This document shows positions 38,131 to 50,330 of a stretch of DNA of 64,000 nt, in pieces. The stretch is taken from NCBI RefSeq assembly GCF_006345805.1, contig NC_042999.1:158286001-158350000 (forward strand), written 5' to 3'. Positions within the stretch are counted from its first letter, which is position 1. Every line of letters begins with the position of its first letter. A program made the position numbers and the translations under genes. The stretch is from Octopus sinensis. Taxonomy: Eukaryota. Under the pieces are notes generated by a model. The model ran no database searches, was not told the DNA's origin, and saw only the letters and a program-made list of their open reading frames with translations.

Positions 38131-38436
38131 TAGCCGAGTGCTGGCTTAGCCCTGCTTAGGCCTGAAAGTTTGTCGAAGCTCTGAATGTTTATGTTTCGGC
38201 AGTTATATTTGTTTGACTTTCTTTGTTGTCTTTTCTGTTGAAGAAGGTAGAATTTCAGTGCAGGTATAGCGAACCGTCTCTGTATGTTTCAGAAGACTTT
38301 GTCGCATAGATACAAGTCGAGAAAGTACCCCATGAAGTACCTCAATGCGGTCACATCTATCGAGGCTTTTTCCTCGAAAACGGACAATCAAATGCATCAA
38401 CAGAAGACTAGGAAATATCAGTATTAAAGTTATTGA

Positions 38437-39050
38437 TAAGGCGGCGAGCTGGCAGAATCGTTAGCACGCCGAGCGAAATGCTTAGCGGTATTTCGTCTGT
38501 CGCTACGTTTTTAGTTTGAATTCCGCCGAGGTCGACTTTGCCTTTCATCCTTCGGGATCGATAAAATAAGTACCAGTTACGCACTGGGGTCGATATAATC
38601 GACTTGATCCGTTTGTCTGTCCTTGTTTGTCCTCTCTGTGTTTAGCCCCTCGTGAGTAGTAAAGAAATTGGTATTTCGTTTGTTTTTAGGTTCTGAGCTC
38701 AAATTCTTCCGAGGTCGACTTTGCCTTGCATCCTTTCGAGGTCGATAAATTAAGTACCAGTTGCGTACTGGGGCCGATCTAATTGACTGGCACCTTCTCC
38801 CCCAACATTTCGAACCTTGTGCCTAGAGTAGAAAAGAATCATTACCACGCCAGGCAAAATACTTCGCGGTATTTCGTCCGTCCTTACGTTCTCAGTTCAA
38901 ATTCCGCCGAAGTCGACTTTGCCTTTCATCCTTTCGAGGTCAGTAAAATATGTACCAGTCCTGTACCGGGGTCGATATAATCGACTTAAACTCTCCCACG
39001 AAATTGCTGGCCTTGTGACTATACTTGAAACCAATATTAAAATTATTGAT
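38437..39050 (+). mobile_element. SINE family C dimer plus a third tandem unit
   Basis: Full arm 38437-38669; second arm starts mid-head (GGTATTTCG...) and runs to ~38843; third unit 38848-39050. Confidence 0.85.
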
Positions 39051-39164
39051 TGTTCAAATTGTATATAGATCATTGTATCACCGTCTTTTTCAATAAAGGA
39101 GAATAAAGTTTTCTCCCACAGAATATTTAACAAGTCATAGCTTTTTGAAGAGAATTGATAAATA

Positions 39165-39365
39165 TAGCTTTCAAATCGTGGTACAAGGCCAGCAATTTCG
39201 GAGATTACACCGACTCTTGTGCCTAACTTGTACTTCTTTCATCGACCCCGAACGGTTAAAAAGCAAAGTCGACCTCCGCAAAGTCGAACACAGAACGCAA
39301 AGACGGACGAAATGCCGCTAAGCTTTTTGTCCGATGTGCTAAATATTCGACAAGCTCGCCGCTTT
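39165..39365 (-). mobile_element. SINE family C (diverged)
   Basis: ...GCTCGCCGCTTTA end; C core in reverse complement. Confidence 0.7.
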
Positions 39366-40729
39366 AAAAAGAATAGGAAGGATGGGAGTTGATCATAGAA
39401 CGTAACGTAATGAAGCTTAAATCCGTTTCGTATTTATTACATCCTTCAGCTGTATCCGCCAGCTTACCATCCTCAAATTATTGATGGGTATATGTTAAGA
39501 CGGCGAGATGAGTACCCGAGACGTTTAACTAAGCTTCCACATAAAGTCACATGATAATGAATTAAAAGACTTGACATGATTTAAAGATATGTATAGAGAA
39601 TATGTTTGCATTAAAGGTTTTTCTCAGATCTCTCGCAAAACAAAAATAATTTCCACCGTTCTCAATTCACAATTAAACTCACATCAGCATTCTGGAATTA
39701 CTTCTACGATGACAATCAGTAACAAGATGACTTTTTACGAGAATATTTCCCGCAATGGCGAGAACCACCACGATAGGTTCCACATTGCGTGTGCTCTATA
39801 TTTTTGGAATATCTTAGCAAAATAGCATTTTTCAAATCTCATTTGCCTTGCCTTATTTTAAAATACAGACAATACTGGGGTGACCCCAAGTGAAGTGGGT
39901 TTGGTGAGTTCTGTTGGACTTTGATGTGATTCTGCAGATTCGATACTTTGCGTTTTTGAAAGCATCAGTTTAGATCTTGCTGTGAGGATATAGAAACCAG
40001 GTGTAGAATAACAATTTGGCCAATCCAAATTGTTTATCTATACCTGAATCCTATATTGTTTATACACTCAAGTAGCACATTTAACAGATGATAAAAGAAA
40101 AATTCTGCAATGTTCTTGTTTTATTTGAAGAATATCTTCTTTCTCAGTTCGAGTGTCGTTACATTTAATCATCACCGTTCCTATATTTATGAATTGAAAC
40201 ACTTTTCGCATAAAAGGGGAAAAAAATCGTATTAATACTTATCTGCTGAGTTATGTATTTCTTTGGCTTTGTAAATCCATCCATAATTCCACAAATTTCT
40301 GTCTGCGTTATTTCTTACTTTATTCTACTATTATCTCTGCTTTTGACTATAGAATTTGGATTTTTCTTTTGTCAAGTTTGCTTATTGCTTTTATGTAATT
40401 ATAGTTTTTATTTTCTAGCCATCATTATCGAAGTGATCGAGTTGATGCATATAAAGTTAGTCAAGATGTTTCCAGAGAATCAAATATCACCGATTTAGGA
40501 AACTCAACATGTCTCCAGTGTTGATAGCACAAACTAGTAAATATATATATAAACAAAAAAACAAAAAAACATTTGTACAAGGTGATACATTTTTCCATAA
40601 AATTCTTATAACACACCATACACAAATATTTTCATATTCGCAAAAACTTACGCCAGTAAGCTAACTTGAAACCCTCCAGAGTAAAGGATGAAATATAATT
40701 CTGCCGTTTGACAACTTGCACACACACAA

Positions 40730-40768
40730 ACACACACATATAATCCTATATACATACATATATATTAC

Positions 40769-40803
<35 letters not shown>

Positions 40804-40919
40804 ATATATATATATATATATATATTACATATTATATATATACATACGAATATTCTACTATACACATACATACCACATATATATATATATATATACATAC
40901 ATATATATATATAATATAT

Positions 40920-40961
<42 letters not shown>

Positions 40962-41374
40962 TATATATAAGATATATATATATACATATATAATAAGACG
41001 CTGTCAAAACTTGTTCCTCCAGCGTCGTTCGCCACCTCAACACAACCTTATGGCTTAGCACCTCTGTTTTGTATTCACTGTCCTGTTTCTGTTACCAAAT
41101 TTGACCCACCGCAAATCCCAAATTTTATTTAATTTGCTTTGCAGGAGCAACTGTTTTGGCGAAGGTGCATCTTGTCGTAATTGCTGGAAATGCGGAGAAG
41201 ATAAAACAGCCGACGACTGATGAAGGGTCGTCCTTTATGTTACTTGTCTTGTTTTCCATTTGTTTATTTCGTTGTTTGCAAAACGTTCGTATTCTATGGT
41301 TCGTATTTCATGTTGTTTACGTTGTATGACGTCTTGTACCCACATATGCATACTTATATACATATATATGCATA

Positions 41375-41414
<40 letters not shown>

Positions 41415-41464
41415 GATATATGCATATATATATATATATATATATACATATATTATATATATAC

Positions 41465-41501
<37 letters not shown>

Positions 41502-41506
41502 CTCTG

Positions 41507-41541
<35 letters not shown>

Positions 41542-41680
41542 TTATATGTATGTATATCTATATATATATTATATATATATATATGTATGTATATATAATA
41601 TATATATTCTATATATATAGATATATATATTATGCATATAATATCATATATTATATATTATATATATAATATATATATGC
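40730..41680. repeat. (TA)n arrays enclosing a ~350-bp PLE-like terminal-repeat fragment (40995-41345)
   Basis: The TA arrays are seen directly. PLE identity of the insert is inferred from context only. Confidence 0.6.
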
Positions 41681-41914
41681 ATGCATTTTTACATACATTT
41701 TACATATGTATATTATATTCTAGATGCATTCATGTAGTTTTCAGACATGTTAGGGATTACAGATTACTGTGATGTTTGTATATCATTATAATTCCTCTAA
41801 TAATCAGACCTACCAACTTTTCTTATTCCAGATGGAGAGTAGCGGCTGTAACAGTACTAAATATCTTGCTAAGCACTGCTTATAGCCGATTAGACTGCAG
41901 AATGCTGTCAGGAC

Positions 41915-42153
41915 GTGAAGGTAATTTGGAAGCTCGATATGCAGTAAAATTCTGTAGACGAAAATGCAACAGAAACTTATGAAATGTCCCAGACGGCATA
42001 TGGGGGTAACTAGTATGAGCACAAAAGGCGCGACAAAGCAGGTTCACCGGGTAGCTCATGCCAATTCCATTTTTTGACAGCAGGGGCATCATCTTCCACT
42101 AGATTTCCTCTTGTCAGGCGGTCAACAGTGCGTACTATATGGTGGTTATGAAA
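41915..42153 (+). mobile_element. Internally deleted mariner-family transposase remnant
   Basis: EARYAVKFC..NATETYEMSQTAYG (HTH N-terminus) joined to FFDSRGIIFH..AVNSAYYMVVMK (catalytic-domain region). Confidence 0.75.
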
Positions 42154-42474
42154 AGTGGTTGTGTGGTAAGTAGCTTGCTTACCAACCACATCCTTCTGGG
42201 TTCAATCCCACTGCGTGGCACCTTGGGCAAGTGTCTTCTACTATAACCTCGGGCCGACCAAAGCCTTGTGAATGGATTTGGTAAAGGGAAACTGAAAAAA
42301 GCTCGTCGTATATATGTATATGTATATATATATGTGTGTTTGCGAGTCTCTGTTTGTAGACGGAAACTGAAAGAAGCTTGGAAGTGTGGTGAGAAAATTA
42401 GTTCTTAAGCACATGGTTCTGGGTTCAGTCCCACTGTGTGGCACCTTGGGCAAGCCTCTAGCTGACCAAAGCCT
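42154..42474 (+). mobile_element. Two partial SINE B copies
   Basis: Heads at ~42154 and ~42380; the second is cut by the gap. Confidence 0.8.
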
Positions 42475-42574
42475 NNNNNNNNNNNNNNNNNNNNNNNNNN
42501 NNNNNNNNNNNNNNNNNNNNNNNNNNNNNNNNNNNNNNNNNNNNNNNNNNNNNNNNNNNNNNNNNNNNNNNNNN
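42475..42574. other. Assembly gap (100 N)
   Basis: Run of N; true size unknown. Confidence 1.
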
Positions 42575-42960
42575 TCTTTATTGTCCTAGGGGGCTAAACG
42601 TAGAGGAGACGAACATGGACAGACCTCGGCTGAATTTGATCTCAGAACATAAAGACAGATGAAATACATGTTTCTTTACTACCCATAAGGGACTAGACAC
42701 AGAGAGGACAAATAAGGACAGACAAACGGAATAAATCGAATATATCGACCCCAGTGCGTAACTGGTACTAAATTTATCGACCCCGAAAGGATGAAAGGCA
42801 AAGTCGACCCCAGTGCGTAACTGGTACTAAATTTATCGACCCCGAAAGGATGAAAGGCAAAGTCGACATCGGCAGAATTTGAACTCAGAACGTAACGGCA
42901 GACGAAATACCGCTAAGCATTTCGCCGGCGTGCTAGCGTTTCTGCCAGCTCGCCGCCTTG
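42575..42960 (-). mobile_element. SINE family C multimer
   Basis: C head at 42960; duplicated core 42745-42830. Confidence 0.8.
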
Positions 42961-43560
42961 AAGAGTATTTTTCTGTCGAATGACAGATTTCCGAAATGAA
43001 ATACTTCCGACGGATTTCATTATAGAGTGTCCTAGCTACAACGTCATGTCTCATCGGTAGATAATACTGTGATGACATTTTCGGAAAATCATTTATGATG
43101 TGGGTGATTTCTTCAGTGTGAACTCCACAAAGTCTGCATCGGTTGCCACTCTTTACGACTTTACCTGCATGTCTATGCCTTTTGTATATCAGGTACTTGG
43201 TTGATATTTCCTATTCCTGGATTGCAAGCGCATATCCTTTAAAGTGGGGGGTAGTAATCCGGCTATTGGTCCATGATACACTGCTTTGATGATCGATGTT
43301 ACTCTCATCACGGAGATTTCTAGTAACATATCCATGTATAGTCTTCTGCTCATATAAGCTCATCCTTTCATCTGAGGATACGTTGCGGTAGAGTCGTGCG
43401 ACTTCCTTAAGCATGTATTCTAGGTTATCAGACAAAGAGTGTTGCTCAACAAGCTGCCTTCCAAGTCTTATGATGTTATAAGCCACATGTATGCAAACTT
43501 TGTCAAGAGAAGCACTTCGAGACTTGGTGGTTAAAATATGCTGCCGAAGGGATATGATGC
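42960..43560 (-). mobile_element. Third R4-C fragment
   Basis: NIIRLGRQLVEQHSLSDNL..HGYVTRNLRDESNID..GYALAIQE and YYLPMRHDVVARTLYNEIRRK match 30440-30920. Confidence 0.85.
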
Positions 43561-43604
43561 GACATTCAAAGGCTATACAAGTTGAAACTATTATTACTAA
43601 ATGC

Positions 43605-44045
43605 CTTTAAGGTTGTGACCTGGCAGAAACACTAGCAAGCAGGGAAAAATGTTTCGCATCATATTGTCTATCTTTACGGTCTCAGTTCAAATTCCGCCGC
43701 GGTCGATTTTGCGTTTTGTTCTTTTGGGTTCGATAAAATAAGTACCAGTGAAACACTGGGGTCGATGCAATCGACTTACTCCTCCCTTAAAATTGCTGGC
43801 CTAGTGCAAAAATTTGAAACTGTTATTACTGAATGCTTTTAAGGCGGAGAGGTGGTAGAATTGTCAATACGCTGACAAAATGCTTAGCGGCATTTCTTTC
43901 TACTTGACGTTCTGACTCCAAATTCTACCAAGGTCATTCTTTCGGGATCAATATAATAAGTTCCAGATGAGCACTAGAATCAATGTAATCGACTCTCACC
44001 CTCCTACAAAATTTCAGGAGTTGTGTCTAAATTGGAAAGGATTAT
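43605..44045 (+). mobile_element. Two tandem diverged SINE C copies
   Basis: Heads at ~43605 and ~43842. Confidence 0.7.
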
Positions 44046-44779
44046 TATTCAATATTTTCGATTTGTACTGTAGTATGCTTAAAGTAAACACAAGAAATTT
44101 TTTTTCATCGTACCTTTCAATTTCATACTGATTATGACTAATAGCGATCAGTCATACACTTTCGCATATTGTGCAGTGATCACGAATAAGATATTGAATG
44201 GAATAAAAGCAATGACGTTTTTTTTTCCTTCAGGAGAAAATAAAATTAGAAAAAAAATTATAAACTTATTTATCAATATAATCACAGTATATACTTCCGT
44301 AAACATATCTCTTCAAATTTTCAAATAAAAATATACAATAATATAAAACTATGAGGAAGTTTGGGAGAGAGACCGAACTGTTATAATATCTATATAATAT
44401 AACTGGGAAAGCCATTTCTCACGTAGTGAGCAAAATGGCGGAAAAAAAGATGACAAGAAAGATACGTTGTAGACCGTGGTGGTTCTTGGTATAAGCTGCA
44501 TCAATTTACACAAGCCAATCTCAAAATTAAATGTCGCTCTAAAAATTTCAAATAAATCCTATGGTTTGAATTGGAACTCAGAGCAAAGGCCAATATAAAT
44601 AATCCAATTTTCTATTATTATTTTTGATAGAATCTATAGATAATGCAAACCATACACCTTAACAATTACTTTAATTACATCACCTTTAGTTAAACCGAAA
44701 ACAATTTATTCCTTGCTTCAATCATGAACAGACAAGCGCAGCCAGATGCAAAACTCAAACACAGATAAATATACACACA

Positions 44780-44804
44780 CACATATGCATATATGTATGT
44801 AGGT

Positions 44805-44851
<47 letters not shown>

Positions 44852-44886
44852 TACATATATGTATACATACATACATATATATATAC

Positions 44887-44942
<56 letters not shown>

Positions 44943-45500
44943 ATATATATATTATATATATATATCTATATATATATATATATATATGCTGTGTCTGGGG
45001 AGAGTCATTCTCTTTTAGTGCCTTATCATTTAACACACTCACCAGTAAAATTTCCCCTTATTTCTTATTTTTATTTTCTAAAATTTTCGTTGCGTCTTGC
45101 AACCTTTTCAATAGTCTTGACTTTTGTTTGTTTGTGCGCATGTGTGTGGGTCAGTGTGTGTGTGTGGGTCAGTGTGTGTGTGTGCCTATACATGCATACA
45201 TTTACGTATGTATGTGTGTGTGTTTGCATGTGTATGTATGTATATATTCGTGTGTATGCATATGTATGTATGTATGTGTGTGCATCTGTATGTACGTATC
45301 CTGCATATTTATGTGCTCGCCTCTCCGTGTTTGTGCATTTTCTATGTATGTGTGTGTGAACATGTGTCTGTATATGCATGCACCTCTGTCTCCGTGTGTG
45401 TGCATATCTGTGTGTGTGTGTGTGTTATGTAACTATGTACCATGTTTGTATATATGGATGTGCATCTTTATATGTGTAGATCCGTGTCTCCATATGTGTC
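44780..45500. repeat. (TA)n and (TG/TATG)n arrays enclosing a PLE-like fragment (44988-45125)
   Basis: Direct reading; the insert carries a hammerhead fold. Confidence 0.8.
45078..45114 (-). ncRNA. Candidate minimal type-I hammerhead with U3:A8 core and an extra G after A9
   Basis: Minus strand: CTA-TTGAAAA-G-GTTGC-aagac-GCAAC-GAA-AATT-T-TAG. 3-bp stem I, 5-bp stem II, palindromic stem III. Confidence 0.55.
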
Positions 45501-45841
45501 TGTTCTTGTAACCTATGTACCTATCCGTCTGTATGTTGATCTGTTTATTTACATATCTAAATGCTTACATACAGAAAAAAATATTAAAAACAAAACAAAA
45601 TAAAACAAAAAATAATGATTTTAAAAAATGGCATACACACCCACTCACACCCTCATACAAACATCCTCCATCCAATTGCGCTCAAATTTGATTTGTAGAT
45701 GCCAACGGTATCAGGGCGTCTTGAAAAATTACAAAAATCGATTCCAGGTGATCGATAAAGCCGTGGGAAAGTGCATTTGTACGTGCAAGTACATCAGCTG
45801 TTGCGATCAATACTAAGCATACGCGAGAAAAATGCACGGAA

Positions 45842-46195
45842 CCCCCACAACTTTGCAATGGCACTCGGTTGGTTCTTACCCAACTTTTGGATGACGTTCT
45901 CGAGGCAAAAGTTATCACGAGTAAAGAAGAAGGGGATGTTATTTTTATTTCCCGCATGCCATTGATTCCATCGGACTGTGTTCACCCGATGAAACGCGTT
46001 CAATTCCCTATTCGCCTGAGCTTCGCGATGACCATCAACAAAGCACAGGGGCAGTCATTGAAAGTCGTGGGGTCGGACCTCAGCACTCCCTGCTTTTCGT
46101 ACGGACAACTGTATGTGGGCTGTTCGACAAACCTTTTCTACTACGGTTCAGACGGAGTAACAAGGAATGTGGTTTACAAAGCTGCTCTCCACTAG
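45842..46195 (+). pseudogene. Helitron RepHel PIF1-family helicase C-terminal fragment
   Basis: PPQLCNGTRL, RVQFPIRLSFAMTINKAQGQSL, FSYGQLYVGCS, TRNVVYK motifs. Confidence 0.9.
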
Positions 46196-46958
46196 CTTTT
46201 CCATGCCCTTGAAATCCCGTAAAGTAAGTTAGCTTAAAATTAGTTACTTAGGTTGTTGCTTTTCATCAAAAATCACCCCAAGTTGATTTCCTACATGTTT
46301 TATCGGATAAACTTATTATTGTCCCAGGTACGTTCTCATGAATTCATCATGCTTTTCCATCTAGATTTACCTCCAGCTAACCCATTTGCACGCATCGTTT
46401 TTGTCCTACTTTTCTTCCGTCAATCTGTTCATAACTGCACCTTCCATTTTTTGTTGTTTTTGTACTACTTAAAGTCACGTTTGTTTCCTGCCAAGCTTAC
46501 TGTTTAAACCATATTTGTGTTCTTCCAGTCAACAACCTTATCATTACCGGTACTTTAAACTCTTCGGTTGCATATTTGTGTGAATAAAATCGTTTTTCTT
46601 TGGAATAGAAAACAAGTCTATCTTTATTTCTTCTTTTGCTGGTGTCTCACATTTAGGTTAAATCAGTGTTTCTCAAAGGGGAGGCCTATGGGACAGTCGG
46701 ACAAGTTGTTTCGCGAAAATGTGGTTTAAATGTTTGACAACTCAGCACCGTCCATTGGACGGGGGGCGTTTTGCTCGTGGAAATATATTAAAACATTCAC
46801 AACTGTAAGAAATTATCTGACTTAGATGTTTCTTCGCAGTAAGTATATGGGTTTAGTTATAGTAATTCACAAATACAATGTGTTATAGTCCTATGTAACA
46901 TATATACTCGTACACGCATGCATGGATATGTGTCCATATATACTTAGATTGATATGTA

Positions 46959-46959
<1 letters not shown>

Positions 46960-46995
<36 letters not shown>

Positions 46996-47045
46996 GTGCA
47001 TACATGTACAATTTACGTATTATCATTTGTATATATGCATATATG

Positions 47046-47102
<57 letters not shown>

Positions 47103-47108
47103 ACTATC

Positions 47109-47167
<59 letters not shown>

Positions 47168-47175
47168 ACATATGT

Positions 47176-47231
<56 letters not shown>

Positions 47232-47345
47232 GAAGAGCGTAGGGTCAAAACGTAAAAGACTTTTTCTAATCCTGAGCGTTATACTAATACATCTGTTGTG
47301 TTGTACACCACCTGTTTTCGTCTTTTCTTTTTTTCGTAAACTCTC
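46960..47345. repeat. (TA)n-(TATC)n-(TA)n array followed by a short PLE-like terminal fragment (47229-47345)
   Basis: Arrays seen directly; the fragment is TA-bounded. Confidence 0.75.
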
Positions 47346-47410
47346 CCTGTATATATATATATAATATTATATATATATATTATCTTACGTGCACCACAGG
47401 TTTCAAATAT

Positions 47411-47584
47411 TATTTCTAGAAAGATGAAGAGAGCAAAAATTATCTTATAAAACACAAACACCACACACAGTCGCACACACACAGAGAGTCACCCACACAC
47501 ACACACTGCACACACACATAAATATATATATATATATGTAGATGACGTAGATGTATATATGTATATATATATATATTATATATA

Positions 47585-47630
<46 letters not shown>

Positions 47631-47716
47631 ATATTTATTTATTTATATGTGTGTGCAGTGTGTGTGTGTTTGTTTGCTATAATATAATTTTTGCTCTCTT
47701 CATCTTTCTAGAAATA
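47411..47716. repeat. Foldback: perfect 33-bp inverted arms plus inner imperfect arms around (TA)n
   Basis: TATTTCTAGAAAGATGAAGAGAGCAAAAATTAT at 47411-47443; exact reverse complement at 47684-47716. Confidence 0.9.
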
Positions 47717-47988
47717 AATTTTCATTTCATTTGACTGGAAACATCATTATTACAATATTGTAACTACCTCTCACTCACATACGTCTGCACATGAAAACTT
47801 TGCTCAACCTCGAGCGCCCTCCAAATCGTCTCCACCAATTACAACTGGTGGCTGGAAAGTTGGTTGACTGTCCTTTGGTAAACATCCTCTGTGGGTGCGT
47901 AGATGTATATGCATATATATATATATATCTTGTTATATGTACTTATATGTAAGTGTACGTCAGCTCACAAATTAGAACCACTACTAAG

Positions 47989-48047
<59 letters not shown>

Positions 48048-48339
48048 GGGTGTATGTATGTATATGTATATACTACTGCACATATTATAATTATGTTATA
48101 AATTTTGATGCGCAATATTCATAGGAACGGAACTAAGTACTTGGGAATTTGCCAAACAGTTAAAATCCGATTTCAAGTGTTGTTATTGTATCAAGTATTT
48201 CAAGTAAAATCTGGCAAAGGTCCAAAAATTAGCTATCTCTAGGAAGATACCGTTTACCATCATCGCATACACACTATAATCTTTTCTTTCATCAGAACTC
48301 CAAAAATCGTAAGCTATGACTGAAAACATACAATAACTG

Positions 48340-48468
48340 CTGCAACAGTATCAATAATGATGTTGATGACGATGACGATGATAATAACACTCCAGTGTCA
48401 CTTTGATGACATGCATTGCTCACTGACTCAATAATAATAATAGTAGTAATTATAATAATAATAATAAT

Positions 48469-48539
<71 letters not shown>

Positions 48540-48552
48540 GATGATGATGATG

Positions 48553-48592
<40 letters not shown>

Positions 48593-48768
48593 GAAGAAGA
48601 AGAAGAAGAAGACGGAGAAGAAGAAGAAAAGAAGAGAAGAAGAGAAGAAGAAGAAGAAGAAGAAGAAGAAGAAGAGAAGAAGAAGAAGAAGAAGAAGAAG
48701 AAGAAGAAGAAGAAGAAGAAGAAGAAGAAGAAGAAGAAGAAGAAGAAGAAGAAGAAGAAGAAGAAGAA
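48340..48768. repeat. Compound (GAT)n-(AAT)n-(GAA)n array containing a 41-bp 3' stub of element D (48389-48429)
   Basis: CTCCAGTGTCACTTTGATGACATGCATTGCTCACTGACTC(AAT)n. Confidence 0.85.
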
Positions 48769-48949
48769 TGTTCTTCGCTGTTCTGACCAGTCAGTAGCCG
48801 AGGACACAGAAATACTAATACAACCCAGCAGAACAACTGGAAAATAACTCCCAAAAATTGGAAAAGCTACAATCTCCTGTTAGTATTTTAAATTTCTCTC
48901 AAAATAAGTTTAGAAACTTACATATCTACAATTTTCTCTGGATGAACAC

Positions 48950-49352
48950 ACAAACGGTCATCTTAAAAAACTTCAATATTTACAACTTCTGTGACTACCT
49001 ATCCATTCCTTTCTCTCTGAATATTCGAAAATGTAAACATACTTTTAATTGTAAGAACACTACGGTTTTTTTTCTGTTCGGATATACAATCATCTTCAGA
49101 AAATTCAAAAACTTTAAAATCAACAGTCCTCTGTGAAAACTTTACACTTCTTTTCTTTCTTTTCCTTTTTCCCTGAGTATTCGAGAACGTAAACGTCCTT
49201 TTAATTGCAAGAACACTACAGTTTTCGCCGGTCGGACATACAAACGATCATTTTTAGAAAATTTAAAACTTTAATATCTACAACTTTCTGTGAAAATTCT
49301 ACTCTTCTTTTCTCCCTGACTACACGAATAGGTAAACATACGTTATATTGCA
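48950..49352. repeat. Degenerate tandem repeat, ~145-160 bp unit, ~2.7 copies
   Basis: CTGARTATTCGARAAYGTAAAC..TTTTAATTGYAAGAACACTAC recurs at ~49017, ~49175 and ~49317. Confidence 0.75.
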
Positions 49353-49519
49353 ACAACAAATTAAACGCACGATAAAAATTAAGGAGATAAACCTCCCAAT
49401 ATATACAAACTTCACAAGTACAAAAACTGCAAACTACAGTAAAATCTATAAAAAGAAAGGGAAAATTAAAAATCCCACCAAATTTTAAAATTCAATGATG
49501 TAAACATCAATATATATAC

Positions 49520-49825
49520 TCTTTACTCTTTACTCTTTTATTTGTTCCAGTCATTTGACTGTGGCCATGCTGGAGCACCGCCTTTAGTCGAGAAAATCGA
49601 CCTTAGGACATATTCTTTGTAAGCCTAGTACTTATTCTGTCGGTCTCTTTTGCCGAACCGCTACCAAATCCACTCACAAATCCACTCACCAAATCCACTC
49701 ACAAAGTTTTGGTCGGCCCGAGGCTATAGTAGAAGACACTTGCCCAAGGTGCCACGCAGTGGGACTGAACCCGGAACTATGTGGTTGGTAAGCAAGCTAC
49801 TTACCACACAGCCACTCCTACGCCT
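49520..49825 (-). mobile_element. SINE family B with internal deletion and 13-bp triplication
   Basis: The central microsatellite region is replaced by CAAATCCACTCAC x3 (~49665-49703). Confidence 0.85.
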
Positions 49826-50194
49826 ATATATATATATTATTTTTTCTATCAGTAATTAAAAGCAGAACAAGGTGAACTGGTTCATTCCAAGGTCAAGGTC
49901 AGCAATATTATTGATGGCTTGTAGTGGTGAACACATTTGACCTCTACTGACCGCAAAGGTGTGACGCTTCTTTTGTCCCCTGATCGCACACGAATGCAAA
50001 GCCCCAATGTTGATCTCCTCCTCACTAACTGCCGAACCTATTTACAGAGCTGTGGAATTTGGTCTATTCACCAAGCTGCTTCTCTTCCTTATATCATCCT
50101 CTCCAACCCTCAAATATTTATGATGCTTTCAAAAACAAGCCAAAAGCCGAAACTAAACAACGTTTATAGTAGAAGCAAAGATGGCATCTCAAGA

Positions 50195-50330
50195 CGGTTA
50201 CAATACCAGTGATTGTCGGAGCACTTTGAATGATCAAAAAGGAACTGAAAATTATTTGCAGGAAGTACAAAAGATTGTCTTAACTGATACGTCACACGTA
50301 TTGAGAAGAGAATTGTCGATGTGAATTTTC
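50195..50330 (+). mobile_element. R4-like C-terminal fragment
   Basis: TIPVIVGAL*MIKK/..LQEVQKIVLTDTSHVLRRELSM*. Confidence 0.7.

Noticed and set aside
38203-38400. 65-aa minus-strand ORF with an upstream TTTCCTAG acceptor-like site
   Set aside because: No recognisable domain and no convincing donor.
41205-41245. CTGATGA followed by a small stem (AGGG/CCTT)
   Set aside because: No GAAA after the stem, so the hammerhead core is incomplete.
42340-42960. Apparent SINE B / SINE C chimera
   Set aside because: The two sides are separated by an assembly gap of unknown size.
46667-46700. CAGTGTTTCTCAA, hAT-like TIR start
   Set aside because: No partner TIR or TSD found.
47229-47254. GAAGAGCGTAGGGTCAAAACGTA, a possible decayed hammerhead
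   Set aside because: Core 5' end lost into the TA repeat, G12 absent and stem II mismatched; too degenerate to call.
48292-48854. Homopolymeric ORFs (poly-F/S/I/E), also at 18395-18928, 22107-22550 and 6489-6771
   Set aside because: Trinucleotide-array artefacts.
49860-50150. Weak resemblance to a Rex/L2-type endonuclease (SPNVDLLLTNCRTYL)
   Set aside because: Similarity too low by eye; needs a profile search.
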